Assembly: GCF_009834535.1 (NCBI RefSeq)
Contig: NC_045697.1
Coordinates: 86,120,001 to 86,184,000, forward strand
Length of the DNA: 64,000 bases
DNA from: Camelus ferus
Taxonomy: Eukaryota
Reading direction: 5' to 3'
Part shown: positions 1 through 15,191 of the stretch, piece by piece
Position numbering within the stretch: position 1 is the stretch's first letter
How the letters are laid out: every line of letters starts with the position of its first letter
Notes under the pieces: generated by a model
The model's input: the letters and a program-made list of their open reading frames with translations, nothing else
Told to the model about the DNA's origin: nothing
The model's database searches: none
Program-made: the position numbers and the translations under genes

Positions 1-1511
1 CTATTGGTATATATAAAATCACAACAATCTGACCATTTTGATATAATGTTGACAGACTGTTCACAACAGTTTTATTTGAATGAAAATATCCCATCTATAT
101 GTTGACCATTCTTAGGGTTTGGCTTAAAAGAAAATATTTCTAGAGTCAAAGATCTGGGCAAATTATTTCACTTTTGAGTTTCACATATGTATAGTGGGAA
201 TAATTCAATCCTTTATCCAAAACCCTTGATGCAAGATGTGTTTCAAAATTTTTCATATTTTAGAAAGATAATAAAAAGAATATACCATAATATACCATAT
301 ATATGGCATAATACTTGTGGAAAGTGAGTGGCAGCATCTGATAACATTTCTGCAATAAAATATATGAATATTCATGCTAAGTGGAATTAAAAAACTATAA
401 ATAACTTCGTATCAGTTTAAGTGAGATTTTGTTATTAAATTAATTCAGATCAAGTCAGATTTATTGCCAAATGATTTATGAAAAAAGTTTTTAATTTCAA
501 AGCTTCCTGGGCTTTGGAATTAGTGACAAGAGATGGAGATTCTCTACCACCCATTTTCTAAACTGCTGTGAGGATAAAAGATCATGTGCTTGCCATACAG
601 TAAATATTAAGATAGTAGATATTATTGTTATAGTTTATGAGCAAGTCTCTGAGTATAAAATATATTCATTAGGTAGGCTTAAGGATCAATATGGACTGAT
701 GATACCAACTGACTTTCTAGAAGACTTGGCGTAGTGCAAAAAGCATGCATTTTGGGGCAAGCAGGTTTCAGTGAAGGCCCTGCCACTAACTACCTATGTG
801 ACAACAAATTCTTTAGTCTCAGATTTCAGTTAAAAAATGTGAAAAACAGAGATAACACCATCTACTTGCAGAGCTGTTATTAGGTTTAAATATCTCACCT
901 GATTAAAAAGATGTTATAAATAAATGGGTATGCTATACACAATAGGTCTCATGTAAAGATTTCAAAAAAATCTTTTTCTTAAGCTGCTCCTTCCTCCCTC
1001 CTTCTCTGCCTCCCCTGTCTCCCTCTTGCTTTTTCAGTACAGTTTGTGAAACTCCCATCTTATCACCACCAAAGCAAAATGTTTTGAACTGTAAATTGAC
1101 ATTGCATGTGTACAGCCCTTATTAAATTTCACCTAAAAAATGTTAAATGCTGCATTTTGTTATTCAAAACAGCAACAATACCTCAAAATTATTTGTGTGA
1201 AATATAGCCTAAATTGTAATACTTCATAAGTTATATTCATTTCACACCAGGTTTCTTCATATATATATATATAGATTAATTCATTGCATTACACTTATTC
1301 CATTTCTTAACATTTACTTGCTTTTTACCAAGTAAAAACATTAAACATCAAAATTAACTCAACAAAATGAATATATTGTGCAAAAAATTGGTTACTGGTT
1401 CATGATGCTGTAATCTTTGCCTGTTTCCTCCTGCCCAGCTTCTCTCACGTGACCCTGAATAAATAGCCAGTAGAAAAGAAATATAACAAGGTATTCTAGA
1501 ATAGTCCACTA

Positions 1512-1673
<162 letters not shown>

Positions 1674-1759
1674 TCAATCCAGTATAAAGTGGATTTAAAG
1701 TGGTAAAACTTTAAAATCTTTACAATTTTAGAAATCCCATCACAACAAAATAATGATCA

Positions 1760-1912
<153 letters not shown>

Positions 1913-2011
1913 TTAGATAAGTCACTATGATTAGAAACATTCTTATTGTAACAAAAACAACAAAACAAAACAAAACAAGCAAACAAAAAAAAACCCATAA
2001 AAAAAGATTCA

Positions 2012-2155
<144 letters not shown>

Positions 2156-2599
2156 TTAATATTTTTTAAAAGAACAGCTTTAGAAGGAAATACATCTGAC
2201 AAATATGTCCAACTAATACATATTTTGTAACTAGTACTAGTCTTTAGATTTCAGTTGATTTTAGATTTCTTTATAGACATATCTCATTATTAATATAAAA
2301 TGTATTTAAACATGTAAGCTTTTACTGTTATATTAATTTAAGTTCTGAACATACTTGTAAAACTAAATAAAAGATGTTAGATATATGACCCCTAAAGATA
2401 TAATTTATATAAGTCCTTCATTTAAAATAACATTTTCCTTCATTTTCACTAATAAAATTTTCAATAACTTATGTATATAAAATGCATTTAGAATGGCTTA
2501 TTTACATGTAAGTATGTTTTTCTTTGATGTAATCACATAATTACAGCATGACTTGACACTTAAGTTGATATCAAACCTAAGAGTAACATCTGTTCCTCC

Positions 2600-3120
2600 A
2601 TGCCCAGGATCCAATGCCACTTCTTATCTCACAGGACCCTTCTTTTTCTTTAGGGAATGCCTCCTTCTCTTTGTCTCTCACCCTTCTCAAACTATAAAGT
2701 TTCACTGGCACTGGCCTCAACCCCATTTCTGGGACTTTAGGAGGAAGATTTTAGCAGCATATTGCATACCCCTGACCACAGTGGTTCACAACTCAACAAT
2801 GATACTCAATCCTGGGACTTTTAATAGCACTAGTGGGAAAGAGAGGCTCTATGGTGGCTGAAAAGATGTAAAGCTGGATGCAGCTGCTGGTGGGCCCCAT
2901 GGCACTACATAAGAAAGCCAAGAAAAGACAAAAATAGAGCTGGGCAATGGAAAGGGATAAAGTCTTGATGACATCAGTTAAACCACTAATCCAGTTATGC
3001 TTGAGGCAGATTACTGCTAATCTTTCAAGCTATATGAGCCAATAAATTCTTTTGACTTGGTTAGGAGTGCATGCATTTGGTTCCTTTTCATGATAACCAA
3101 AATTTTCCTAATTAATACAT
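2600..3120 (+). mobile_element. Old MaLR LTR (MLT1K/L-like)
   Basis: TGATGACATC...TATATGAGCCAATAAATTC...TCCTAATTAATACA ending typical of MLT1; left boundary approximate. Confidence 0.55.
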
Positions 3121-5039
3121 ACCAACTTTCATATATTCAGTGTTGCCTTTTCATTTGGTTTTATATTGACTAGCTGTAGGCAAATGCTAATTCTTTTTTC
3201 TAGAAAGATGAATAATGCACACTTATTTTGATCCCAATTATGTTTTAGAGATAATGAGATTTTTTTCACTAGTCTTCAATTTTAACTGATATTTAACATT
3301 AAACATGTAGAGTACCTGGCACTACATGTTTTATCTTCCTTTAATTATCACAGTTCAATGAAGTAAGTGCATTATTTCCATTTCTCAGAAAAGAGAAATG
3401 AAACTCAGAGAGTTAAGTAATCCAGCTAAGGTCAAATAGCTGATGAGTCACAGAGTCAAGATTCAAACCTAAGTATGTCTGCCTCCAAAGCACACACTTC
3501 CATACTTCTTCCATATATATGTATTTTTTTCAAGCACCCAAAAAACACTGAATATCACTATGTTCAAAGCCATATGTTACGTATTTGGAGGTTAAATACA
3601 AAGACAATTAAGAAATAAACTCTACCCAGAAGCAGAGTCTAGTTTACAGATAAGCTTACATAAAAATTATTATATACTTCAAGCAAATAACAATATCTAA
3701 GGTAGGTAAGAATAAAATGCTATGGAAAAGAAAGGAAGTCTTCAAAAATGTAGCTACTGAGTTGGGCTTTGAAATATAAGTAGAGTTTTGATATTTAAGG
3801 ACACAGAATGGTAAAAAGCAAAGGTTTGCTATTATAAAAATACACAATATGCCAGGGGCCTGTCTAACTGTTTGCCATGATTAAACAGTGAGGTTCACTG
3901 TGGTACTTCAAAGCAGAAGTCATGATTGCAGGTTTAGACACAGGTAAGATCCCCTGGAAGGCACAGTGAAACACTGCCACAGAACTGATGCTAAAACCAA
4001 TTAGATTTCTGGAGAGTTCTTGGCCCCAAAGGCTGCATGCAGAGGTAAAATAATATGATGACTGCTGTTTCCAGAACTCAGCATGGTGAAGTCTCAGCTA
4101 GGAAGCAGGAAGTAGACTATCTCGATAAACTACTTAGGGAAAGAATCGTTAAGAGACAGAGAGAGGCTAAGAAGCCCTCTTCCCTTACAAAAAAACAAAA
4201 TTTTAAAAAAAAATCAACAAACAAACAAAACCTACAGATACAGAGAATGAGAATGTAAAGAACTTGAAGAAGTATGAGGGTACAAACTCAACGCAGACTA
4301 GAGAAATCAGCCTTACCCAAGAAGTAGGTCATTTCACATTCAGAAAAAAAGAACAAAGGAGAAAGAAATTTCAGCCGCTACTGTATTCAGAAACAGAAAC
4401 TAGGGGAGCCTATGACAGATGAGCAGGGAGTGACAGTGAAGGGGGCAGGAGGGCAACTTGGAGCTTGAGAAGAGTATAGAATAATAATGACCTCCACCTC
4501 GTAACATGGTAGATTGAAAGGCCTGCAGTTCTAAGCTCTCAAGTTCTGAGCCATTTCCTACTTTTGCATAAAGAAATTCATTAGGAATTCTAATTGGAAC
4601 TAGCATAAATGTTTGAATCAATTTGGGAGGGACTGCCATGTTTACAATGTCTTCATATTGATCACTACAGAATATATTACTCCATTTAATCAAGTCTTTT
4701 ATAGTTCGCTTCATGTAAGTTCTACATATTTCTAATAAAGAATATCCCTACAGATTTTATATGGATATTTTGTTATTGTTATTGCTACAGTGAAAGGGTC
4801 TTTTTAAACAATTTATTTTCTAATTGGTTATTGTTGAGAATGGGAAAGAAAATCTGTCATATTCATCTTTATTCTATTATTTTTTAAACCCATTTATTCT
4901 ACTTGTTTTTCAATAGATTCTCTTGAGCAGTATAGTTTTTCAATCAAATTATTTGAAAATTATTCTTGCCTCAAAATATGAAAATTTAGAAGTTCCATTT
5001 GTATAAAAACATTTGTGAACAAGTAATAAGCTTTATTCA

Positions 5040-5267
<228 letters not shown>

Positions 5268-6700
5268 TCAACACATTAACAAACAGAATTCTGCAACAGC
5301 AGTTACAAATATAAAAGCATCCATTTGATTTTTCTCAGATTAATCTTACCCATCAGATAAGTATTTTGATTTCATGAAAAAAAAAGAATGCTTATCTATT
5401 CTTACACTTTTAATATTCTGGTAAGTGACATAAATAGCTTGTTTTCATTATAACATGCTTTCCAAATACAATTCAGTTCACTCAGGCAGATTTCATTTTT
5501 TAAAAGTTCATCTAGTATTTCTACTATACAAACTACAAAACATACTTACACAAGAATCTCCTTAAGGAAAGAATCAGCATAATGTAAAGACAAAGAATTA
5601 GGCTTTTAAATAAGATAGACATGGAAGTGAAACCTTGCTCCATTATTTAGTAGCTATGTACCACTGGGCAAATTAGGGAATAATAACTTCTATCCTGCAG
5701 GATATGGAATAATACTTTCTGTCTTGCAAAATCACACATACACACAAAGGGTTAGGAAACAGATTTAAAATAAATCAAATGGATAGTTATAAAGAGTTAA
5801 GAAAATGTGAATTTATGGAATTCAGAAGGAATTTTAAGAGGACACCGAATAGAATTGACTTTTGAGATCATCCACACCAACCCTCTCATTTGCAGATGAG
5901 AAAACTAAAGCCCAGAGAGATTAAATTATTTCCCCAAAGTCACGTAGGAACCGATATAAGATTATAACCCAAGTCTCCTGATTCTCCATTTGCTGTTCCT
6001 TCCGGCACACCACTCTACTTCCATTAACAACTCTGACTTTTAAGGAGGAAGACACCACCAAAAGAATCTATTCTCTTTAATGTTTTCTGAAAATCTTCCT
6101 TCAGAACATTTCTCCTTACATCTTATTTAAATTACATATATTTAAAATTACAAGCTGTAACAGAAGAAACATAGGCTTTGGCCTCAAATCTTAGCTCTGT
6201 TTCTTATATCAACAAGTTATTTACTTTTCTAAACTTCCATTTCTCGTCTGTAAAATGGACACATTACTATGTGTCTTGCTGTAAGAATTAAATGATGATG
6301 CCCAAGCAACTAGCACAACACATGGCACAGGGACAGTATTCCATAATTGCTCATTTCTTTCCCTTCTCCTTCATTTAAGCCCATGGTATCTCCTTTGCAG
6401 GAAAGAAAGCGAAAAGCTATAGCTAGGAGGATGTTTAAGCTGGAATGGATGTCATAAATAACAGGGACTATCACAACCAGCTGCTCTATAATTAATTCCC
6501 TGAGGTGAAACAGAACAATAAGGTCCTGTTCACGAAGAACTCAAATGCTAAACAGTATTTACTCACGATAGGTGTTTGAGACAGAGAAGTGTTACTCTAC
6601 TGATCTCAGAATGGGAATATATGAGAAAGATAGGAGAGTTCAACTCAAACCAGCCTCTAAAAGATGACAAAGAATTTTATATCTATTATAAATATTAATA

Positions 6701-7100
6701 CAGGTATATATTATCCCCTGCTTTTTGAAAGTTCATTTTATACCACTTTGCTTTTATGAAGGGCCTATATTAGTACCCATTTTCCCTAACCAAAAGAAAT
6801 CCAAAGAGGATTTTTGCTTTTACAAAAAAAAAAAAAAATCAAAAATAGTGTCAGCATTTGTTCTGTAGAAGTGGCACTCCCTGAGTGGTGAGAGCGGCCT
6901 CACAAAACTCCTTCTCAAGGAACTACACTCAGCATCTCAGCATCAGGCCCCCACAACTTTGACCTGTGTCTGTCAGTATCTGTGCTTTATTTGAAGTAGC
7001 CAGACATGTCCTAAGTAACTGCTTCTTTGATACATGCCAATTTAGCTTACCAAAAAAAGTTTCACAGGAACACTCTACTTTTGGATAGCAGGGAAACCTG
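6701..7100. mobile_element. TcMar-Tigger-like non-autonomous DNA transposon
   Basis: TA-flanked, with imperfect terminal inverted repeats CAGGT..TCCCCTGCT.TTGAAAGT / ACTTTTGGATAGCAGGGAAACCTG. Confidence 0.65.
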
Positions 7101-7230
7101 TACATAGCATTTGAATGTTTAATTTTTTTAAAGTACCAAGAGCTACCAGAGTTTACACTATTAATATAAAAAACAAGGTTATCTGCATCATGTAATATTC
7201 TGAAAATAAACTTCTCCCTCCTTTGTCCTA

Positions 7231-7452
<222 letters not shown>

Positions 7453-8439
7453 TTAACCCTTAATCTCTTCTGTAATACTTGGAAGGAAAAAAATGACATT
7501 CTATTAAACAAGTACTTTTTACCATATAATAAAAGAAAAATTTTAAAGATTTTGGCAATCAAAAGCAAAATTAATCCATCTGTAAAAGTTATCCCCACTA
7601 CATATTTTAGGTGATTTGTCTACACTTAGCAATGCTATGTCATTCCAAAAGACAGACATTCCCACATATCACTTTATTACACATAAAAACATAGGTGTAG
7701 AATATACTATATAAGAGTCACATACAAATGGTTAAAATTTAGACATGTTTGTAGAAGAGCTGAATCAATAACTCATACTTCATTTTCTCAGAAATGGGGG
7801 TATTATAAGATATGGCTGTTATAAAAATCTATTGACAGGAAAACATGTTTCCAAGACCTTAATTCTTTACTTTCTATGAAAATAGAGAAGCACACTCATA
7901 ATCTAATTATGACATATTTGAATTAGGAAATTCTTTTGAGCTATTTTGAATATGGCTAGTTGGATATCCTGAGTATTTACAACACAGAAAACTCTAATTC
8001 ATGAAACTCTGAAGACCTAATTTTAGAGGAGTTAGAAAGTGGTTCAGCTTCTCCCTCCCACCCCTCTTCTAGCTCCTCTATGTTCCAATTCATGAGATGG
8101 ACTTAGTACCTCTTGTATTACAAAGGCAGCTTCTCTAATCTAATTAATCTATCAACTCATACTTTTCCTGGCAGGTGAGGTGGAAAAAAAGTTAATGTTT
8201 TACCTAAATGGGAAACATAAATCATAATTTAAAGCAATATTTTTTTGCAAATGTTACACTGAAAATATTGCTCTGAATGGGAAGAGAGAAAAGATTAAAG
8301 GAAAAAAAATACAAATAGAAAATTAAAAGTAGATCTGGGAAAGCTGTATTTAGAATTTTCTTTTCAGGGGTAAGCTTACACATAATTTTTTTCCACAATA
8401 AAACGTCATAATGCTTTCTCATTGTATAATTCATAATCA

Positions 8440-9860
8440 TTATTTTAAAACTCTAAACAATAAAGAAAAATTAGGGTAAACATACAAGTTACCTGTTATC
8501 CTACCACCCAGAGATGATCATTATTGTTATTTTGTAGTTAACCTTTCATACATTGCTCTATGCAGGTATACAAAAACAAATATATAATTTCACATGGATA
8601 AATTCTATTTATATCATAAACATCTTTAATTTCTAATAATCACATTTTCCCCCTTATGTCTGTCTCTCCTAATACTATCACTTCCCTCCCACTCCCATCT
8701 CACCCGTACCTTCCCTCTATTGTATGACCTATCACACCAGACAGGTATGTTTCTTTTCATATCTTTCTTCATATTTATATCATTATAGATAAAAAATATA
8801 TATACATATATAGAAATTTTTATGTGCATTTTGTGTTTTTCATGGAATTTGCTCCATGTTAATAGGAATAGATCAACTCATTCTTTATCGTAGCTGTGTA
8901 GTATTCCATGGAATGGATAAACAGCTTTTTATTCAAGCATTCGATTACTGAGTGTTCACTTTGGTTCCACTTTTCTGCCTCAACAAGTAATGTTTCAGTT
9001 AATTATATACATACATCGTGTATACAATACTATCATTTTATTGCTATGAAATCGATTCCTCCAAATGGGGCTATGACCTTATTGCTTTTCCAAAGTGGCC
9101 CTAACAAATTTTATTTCCTTCAGCTATGATTGAGAGTGTCCTTTTCCTTATCCTGTCACCTGGTGATACTGCTCTTTAAAAAATTTTGCCAATCTGCTAG
9201 ACAAAGCAGAAACTGATTTTTGTTATTCTGAGTATGCTAATGGATAATGAGGGAGAACATCTTTTAATATTTGTTAGCTTGCTACTTTGAATCCCTCTTC
9301 TGTGAATTGCCTATCCATATTCCTCACCTATTTTCCTAATTGGGTACTCTTTCTTAGCAACTTATAGGCAGTCTTTGTATTTTGATAGTCACCCATTATC
9401 TAAAAGACAACTAAATTTCCTTCCTTTTAAAAATAACTAGGTACTTAATTCATCTGAATTTATTTTTTATAATATATGACATAAGAATCTACTTGATTTT
9501 CTTCCAGACAAATGTCAATTGTGCCAATGTCAATTTTTAAATAAAAATAGTGATTTAATAGAATTTTTCCTACATACAAATGCCATGCATTTAATTTCCA
9601 TAAATATGTGTGGGGTTCCATTTTTAGACTTTATTTTATTGCATTATCTATTTATTTCTGCCCTGTAAATACCCTACATTGTTTTTATCATAGTAATTTT
9701 ATAGTATGTTTTACCATATGCAAGGTAAGTTCCACCTTTTCTTCTTTTTCATAGTTTTGTTGGCTCTTTTCAGGCATTTATTCTTTACTCTGAACTTCAA
9801 ATTATTGTATCCAATTTAAAAAAGAGCATACCTTTTTGATGTTTTTAGGCCTACTTCCTA
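8440..9860 (-). mobile_element. Old L1 (L1M) remnant
   Basis: T-rich antisense L1 ORF2/3' motifs (TCATTCTTT..TAGCTGTGTAGTATTCCAT; TCTTCTGTGAATTGCC). Confidence 0.6.
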
Positions 9861-10983
9861 ATTTATTGGCACAATCTTGCTCAGTGAAAATGTAATTTAA
9901 AACATTTAATTAATTTACATAAAATACACTGAGTATATTCCTTTAAAAATGAATGTGTCCCAGTTTTCCATCTTTCTTTCAAAATATATGAAAGGTGACT
10001 TATGCAGACTATAGTAAGCTGTTCAGAAAAAAAATTACATTTTAACTGGAACTTCCTAAACCTGATGTGAAAATACTGTTGTGTAACAGCATCTCTCTTG
10101 AAAAAAAACATACTTGGAGTCTCAGAACATCAGCAATACCAGGAAAAAAGTTCTAGTCCTTAATTTTTGGATCATAAGTATATCAAAAATAAATTTTAAA
10201 AAAAAGTCACACTACAAAATAGATATGTGTGCAACAATCAATATTTAATTATATAAGTTAATTTTTATAAAAATTATAGATTGCAAAAGAAAACCAGAGA
10301 TTTTTTCACTGGAATAGATGCTAATGACATCACTGGAATGCAATCAGAAAAATTCAGATAATAGAAAAATATAGGGCAAATGCTCAGAGACTTCAATAAT
10401 GAAATTACCTTATTTGAATCATGATTGGATCAAACTAAAAAAAAAATCACTGAAATCTGAACACCAAATATTTGACAATATTAAGGAATTATTGTTACTT
10501 TTTCCTAGGTGTAATAATAGTATTAAGGTTATATTTTTAAAAGAGTTCTTATCTTTTAGACATATGTATCAAATATTTACAAGTAAAATTATAAAATATC
10601 TTGTATTTACTTCAAAATAATTTGGAATGGAGAGTGACAGTATAAACAAGATTGTCATGAATTGATCACTGCTGAAGCCGATGTCATTACTTTTACATAT
10701 GTTTGAAATTTTCCATAAAAGAAAATTAGAAAAAAGATTTCCAGTTAGAGAAAATTTAGAATTGGTAACTTTAGAGCAGGTGATTGGTTGAGTGCTAATA
10801 GCAGAGATCGTGGTTTGGTCTGAATTAAAACCTAGTTCAATGGTCACTCAAAAGAAATTATTCCAATACGCTTCATTTCAGGAAATTTAATGCAGAAAAA
10901 TGATATCATATGTTGTTGCAAAATTTACCAAAGGAAAAAGAAAGCTTATACTTTCAAGGAAAGGCAACTTCAAACATTTTTAC

Positions 10984-11049
10984 CTTGAGTTCCAGCCTCG
11001 TGGTATTTGCCTGGCACCGGTAAGTGGCAAGAAGAAAGTTGTCATTTGA
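10984..11049 (-). CDS. BBS7: BBS7 exon 13 ([22 protein letters not shown])
   Basis: 66 nt, TAG/GTAAAA borders. Confidence 0.96.
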
Positions 11050-13164
11050 CTAGGAAGAATTCAAAGTTGAGGAAAAGGGTGAATCCATGTTTTTAACAAT
11101 AATAACACCATCAATAATAATAATAATAGGAGTTACCATTTTTCCGAGCACCTATCATTTGGGAGGCACAGTGCTATGTGCTTTATGCTTATTCCTATGA
11201 ACAACCCTATGTGGTAATTTTTACAAAATAAGTTTTAACAGATGAAGAAATTGAAGCATGAAGAGTTAGGTAAATTTCCCCTAAACCAGTAAGTAATCAA
11301 ATTAGAATTCAAATTAGTATCTTTAAGACTCTAAAGCTCATGCTCTTACCATCTTGAATCTCTCCAGTAATGTTTTAAAATACTATTTTTCCAAAAATTT
11401 AATTGACAGTGCAAACTCCTAATGCTTAATATTATAAAGGCAAAAACATCAATGTTTGGTGTGAATGTATTTGACTTTCACACATACTTATAGACAACTG
11501 AGAAATACCTCATCTCTGTTTTCCCAGCAATTAGCACAATCCCAAGCATACTGCATATATTCAATACATGTTTGTTAAATAAAACTGGAGAGGTTACTTC
11601 AAGTATTGTAACTTCTTGAAATTGAATAATAAACTACTAAAAACAGAAAAGTATATCTGGGTGCATGAATTGCAAAAGCAGACAAAGCAACAGGAACTAT
11701 TTGACATGAAATTTTCATGTACTGCTCTTTCCTTACTTTTAATCAATAACTGAAGAAATAAAGTGTGAATGCTAATATTAAAACATTTAAATGTTTTTAC
11801 TTCAGATCATTTAAACTCATTAAGCACAGGTGATTAATCAATTTAAAAATAAAAATATTTTTGTCCAATTAAAAGGAAATCTTATGTATTTAAGTATTTA
11901 TGGATAAAATCATATAGATTAAAAGAGATAAAATGTCTAGGATTACGTTCGGGATGGGGGAGGGAGAGGAAGAGGGTAAAGAGCATAAAACAAGACCGGC
12001 CATATGTTGAAGTTAGTGATGAGCACCCAGAGGTCATTATACTATTCTTTCTCCCTCTGTATATACTTGAAATCTCCAGTTTTTTTTTTAAAACCATCAT
12101 TCTAGAAAATAAGTTGTAAATTAGTGTAAGATACTCATTTCAAAGAATCCTGCAGTGATATAAACAGGTTAATCTTTCACAGTAACTTAGTTGTTAAAGA
12201 TTTTAAGTTTATATTAACTTGATTTTTTAAATAATCATAAAAATGTAGGTCTTGATCTTTCATGTTTTATTCTCAAAAAGGATGACAAATCATATATGAT
12301 AACATAATACAACTGTTATGAAATCTTTTATCCAAAAAAAAAAAAAGAGCTTCACTCTGAAATTATTTTGAAAATTATTCCCTAATATATTAAGCTATCA
12401 ACTTCGTTCTTTACCAGTTCTTTTTATCCCTCCCTTTTTTGGCCAACTCCAGCCACCAGTTCCTGCTCTGGCTTGCCTTTTCCAATGCAGCTACTCCAGA
12501 CCTTGTCTTTATGATTAATTCTCTTCAGGAGCCACACTGAACTCCAAGACTGCCAGTCTAGTACTAAGCAGAAAGATGTGCTATAGAAAGCACATCCAGA
12601 AGCTCTGACATAGTCTCATTCCAGGTGCTTTGCACATAGCAAATGCTCAATAAATGTCTGCTGAATAAAGATTTAGCAAGAGTCAATTTAAAAAAAGTGA
12701 AGAAAGGCAGGCAGATGGAACAGATCATGTTCAAATGAAGGGATGTGTGAAACTGTACAGCACTGTCAAAAAATTTTGAGAACTTCAGTTTGGCAGAAAT
12801 CATGTGCATGGGTGGGAAGGTAGCAGCTGGTGAGAGATTAAGTTGGCGATGTAATCAGGAGCTGAATTCCAGAAAGTTTTTTATGCTGCAGTGAGAAATC
12901 TAGACTTACATTCAGTTTGGGAAATAAGCAATCTTTAAAAGGTTTTGAGAAAAGAAATGACAGAGTGATGTTTGTACTTTATGAAGGCCTGTTTGGTGGC
13001 AGTGTACAGCACAGCCTGGAGCTGAGAGGCAATACTGGAGGCAGAGAAACTAGTGGACGAGTAGTTCAAGCATGATGAGGGCCTGGAAAGTTAACAGAAA
13101 TGGAAATGAAGCACAGCAGATGTATAAGAGCAAGGGAAGCAGAGCTGACAGGAACTAGCGACTA

Positions 13165-13611
13165 CAGCAGTCCTCCCTTATCTGTGGTTTTGTTTTTCAA
13201 GGTTTCACTTACCCATGGTCAACTGTGGTTTGAAAATATTAAGTTAAAAATTCCAGAAATAAACAATTCATAAATTTTATATTGCACATCGCCCTGAGAA
13301 GTGTGAAGAGATGTGGCGCCATCCCAGTCCATCCTGCCTGAGACATAAGTCATCCCTTTGTCCAGTCTGTCCACGCTGGATATGCTACCTGCCCATTCAG
13401 TCACTCAGTAGCCATCTGTTATCAGATCCACTGTCACGGTGTCACAATGCTTATGTTCATGTCACCCATGTTTTACTTTACAATGGCCCCAAAGCACAAG
13501 AACACTGATGCTGGAAGAAACAGTATTATACAGGGGTCACTACTATCTGTGATTTCAGGCATCCACTGAGGGTCTTGAAACATATCTCCAGCAGATAAGG
13601 GGGAACTACTG
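13165..13611 (+). mobile_element. MER44-family (Tigger7-derived) element nested in an antisense L2
   Basis: TA TSD (13163-13164, 13612-13613); TIRs CAGCAGTCCTCCCTTATC / GATAAGGGGGAACTACTG; internal ATGGCCCCAAAGCACAAG. Confidence 0.85.
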
Positions 13612-13819
13612 TAATTGGATTTAACAGATGAGAGAAAAGAAGGAATTTAGGGTAACACTCCAGTTTCTGAATTATCTGAGGATAGGAAGAGAGAGGAAGT
13701 AGATTTTGAGGGAAAGGTTATGAAAAGAAATATTGAAGAAGAAACATCAAACCCCAGTAGCATTTATAGGCTTTACACAAAATGGCATAACAGAAATGAA
13801 AGCACATGAAGAGTTCCTA

Positions 13820-13915
<96 letters not shown>

Positions 13916-14998
13916 TCATTATTAAAAAAGAAAAAAAGGTTCAGATAGTAAACTAAAAATTTTCACAACACGTATTTTAATACGTACTTCTAGAAAATGA
14001 AAATAATAAAGAATAAATGTTGTACTATAGTGACCTATTTTTTTTTAATTTGGATTAATCAGAGATCATTGAATTTCATCTCTCACCTTCCTCTTAAAAG
14101 TATAATCTTCCTACCTATTCTTGTCAGCGCTAAAAATGTTACCATAGACTGCAAATAATCATACGGCTATTCCAATTATGTCAGTTCATTTTTATCATTT
14201 TTAATTTCACCTGTAACACAAAAAGGGGACAATTTTTGTCTCCCCTGGAGAGGTAGTTTCTAGGACAACGTGTTATGTGCTCCTAGAATTGTTTGATGCA
14301 GCAGTTCTTGAGATAGCATTACTTAAGAGAAACTTCTGCCTTTAAGTTTTAATTAATAATCTGATCTCTCCCTCACATCTTTTAAAACTTCGTCTTCATC
14401 TTCCTCTTTATTCTTTTCTCATTTTCTGATGAGTTTTCCATCTTGCTTGCCTTTCATTCATCCTACTATTATCCTTTTCCACTCCCTGAATCTCTTCTAT
14501 TTAAAGAAAAATTAATTAAATATATTGACAAATGATTTTATACATTATTATCCCTAAATTTTACCATTTGATATTATCTGCTTTACCTACTGACCTTCCT
14601 AGAAACTGATGATTAATAAGCAGGCTGTACTGTAAGCTATTATTTTAGTATTTTGAGCTGAAAAATGGGTTCAAATAAGGATAATAAATACTGGAGTCTT
14701 CTAAGCTACATCTCTGTTAAGATTCTCCTAAAGGTTAGCCAAAGAACAAAATCCTTAATGTCCTTTTTGAGTCTTTCTGAAACTTAAGTCCATTAGTCTT
14801 TTGTTTAGTACATATAGGATAAATAAAAAGTAAAGCTACAATGTAAATAATCTATGTGCAAACTGATTATCTAATGGAAGATTAAGATAAACACCCAAAT
14901 CATGATCTAAAACTAAAAGTGTTTCAATAATTAATGTATATGACTGGTAAGCAAAACAGATCTAGTCATAAAACAAAGAAATTAGACATTTTGCTTAC

Positions 14999-15191
14999 CT
15001 GTATTAAGACATTATCTATTGCTGTCTGCACCTCTAAAATAAGGCTGTAACTCGCATCATCTTTATTTAATGTAAACTTGTCATTGACACTAAATGAAGG
15101 TACTGCTGATTTTGCTTTGCTTGAGTGAGAAGACTGTTGATATTTCTCTCTTTCCTGTAGTACCTTATATTGCAGATGTTCCAACTCACTC
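14999..15191 (-). CDS. BBS7: BBS7 exon 11 ([15 protein letters not shown]...IDNVLIQ)
   Basis: 193 nt, TAG/GTAAGC borders; lies within ORF 14966..15220. Confidence 0.97.

Noticed and set aside
1..1500. Search for BBS7 terminal exon 19
   Set aside because: No matching peptide found; the region is mostly MIR and other repeat remnants, so the exon is presumably outside the window.
3301..3331. 10-bp inverted repeat AAACATGTAG/CTACATGTTT
   Set aside because: Short, AT-rich and at a MIR edge; compatible with chance.
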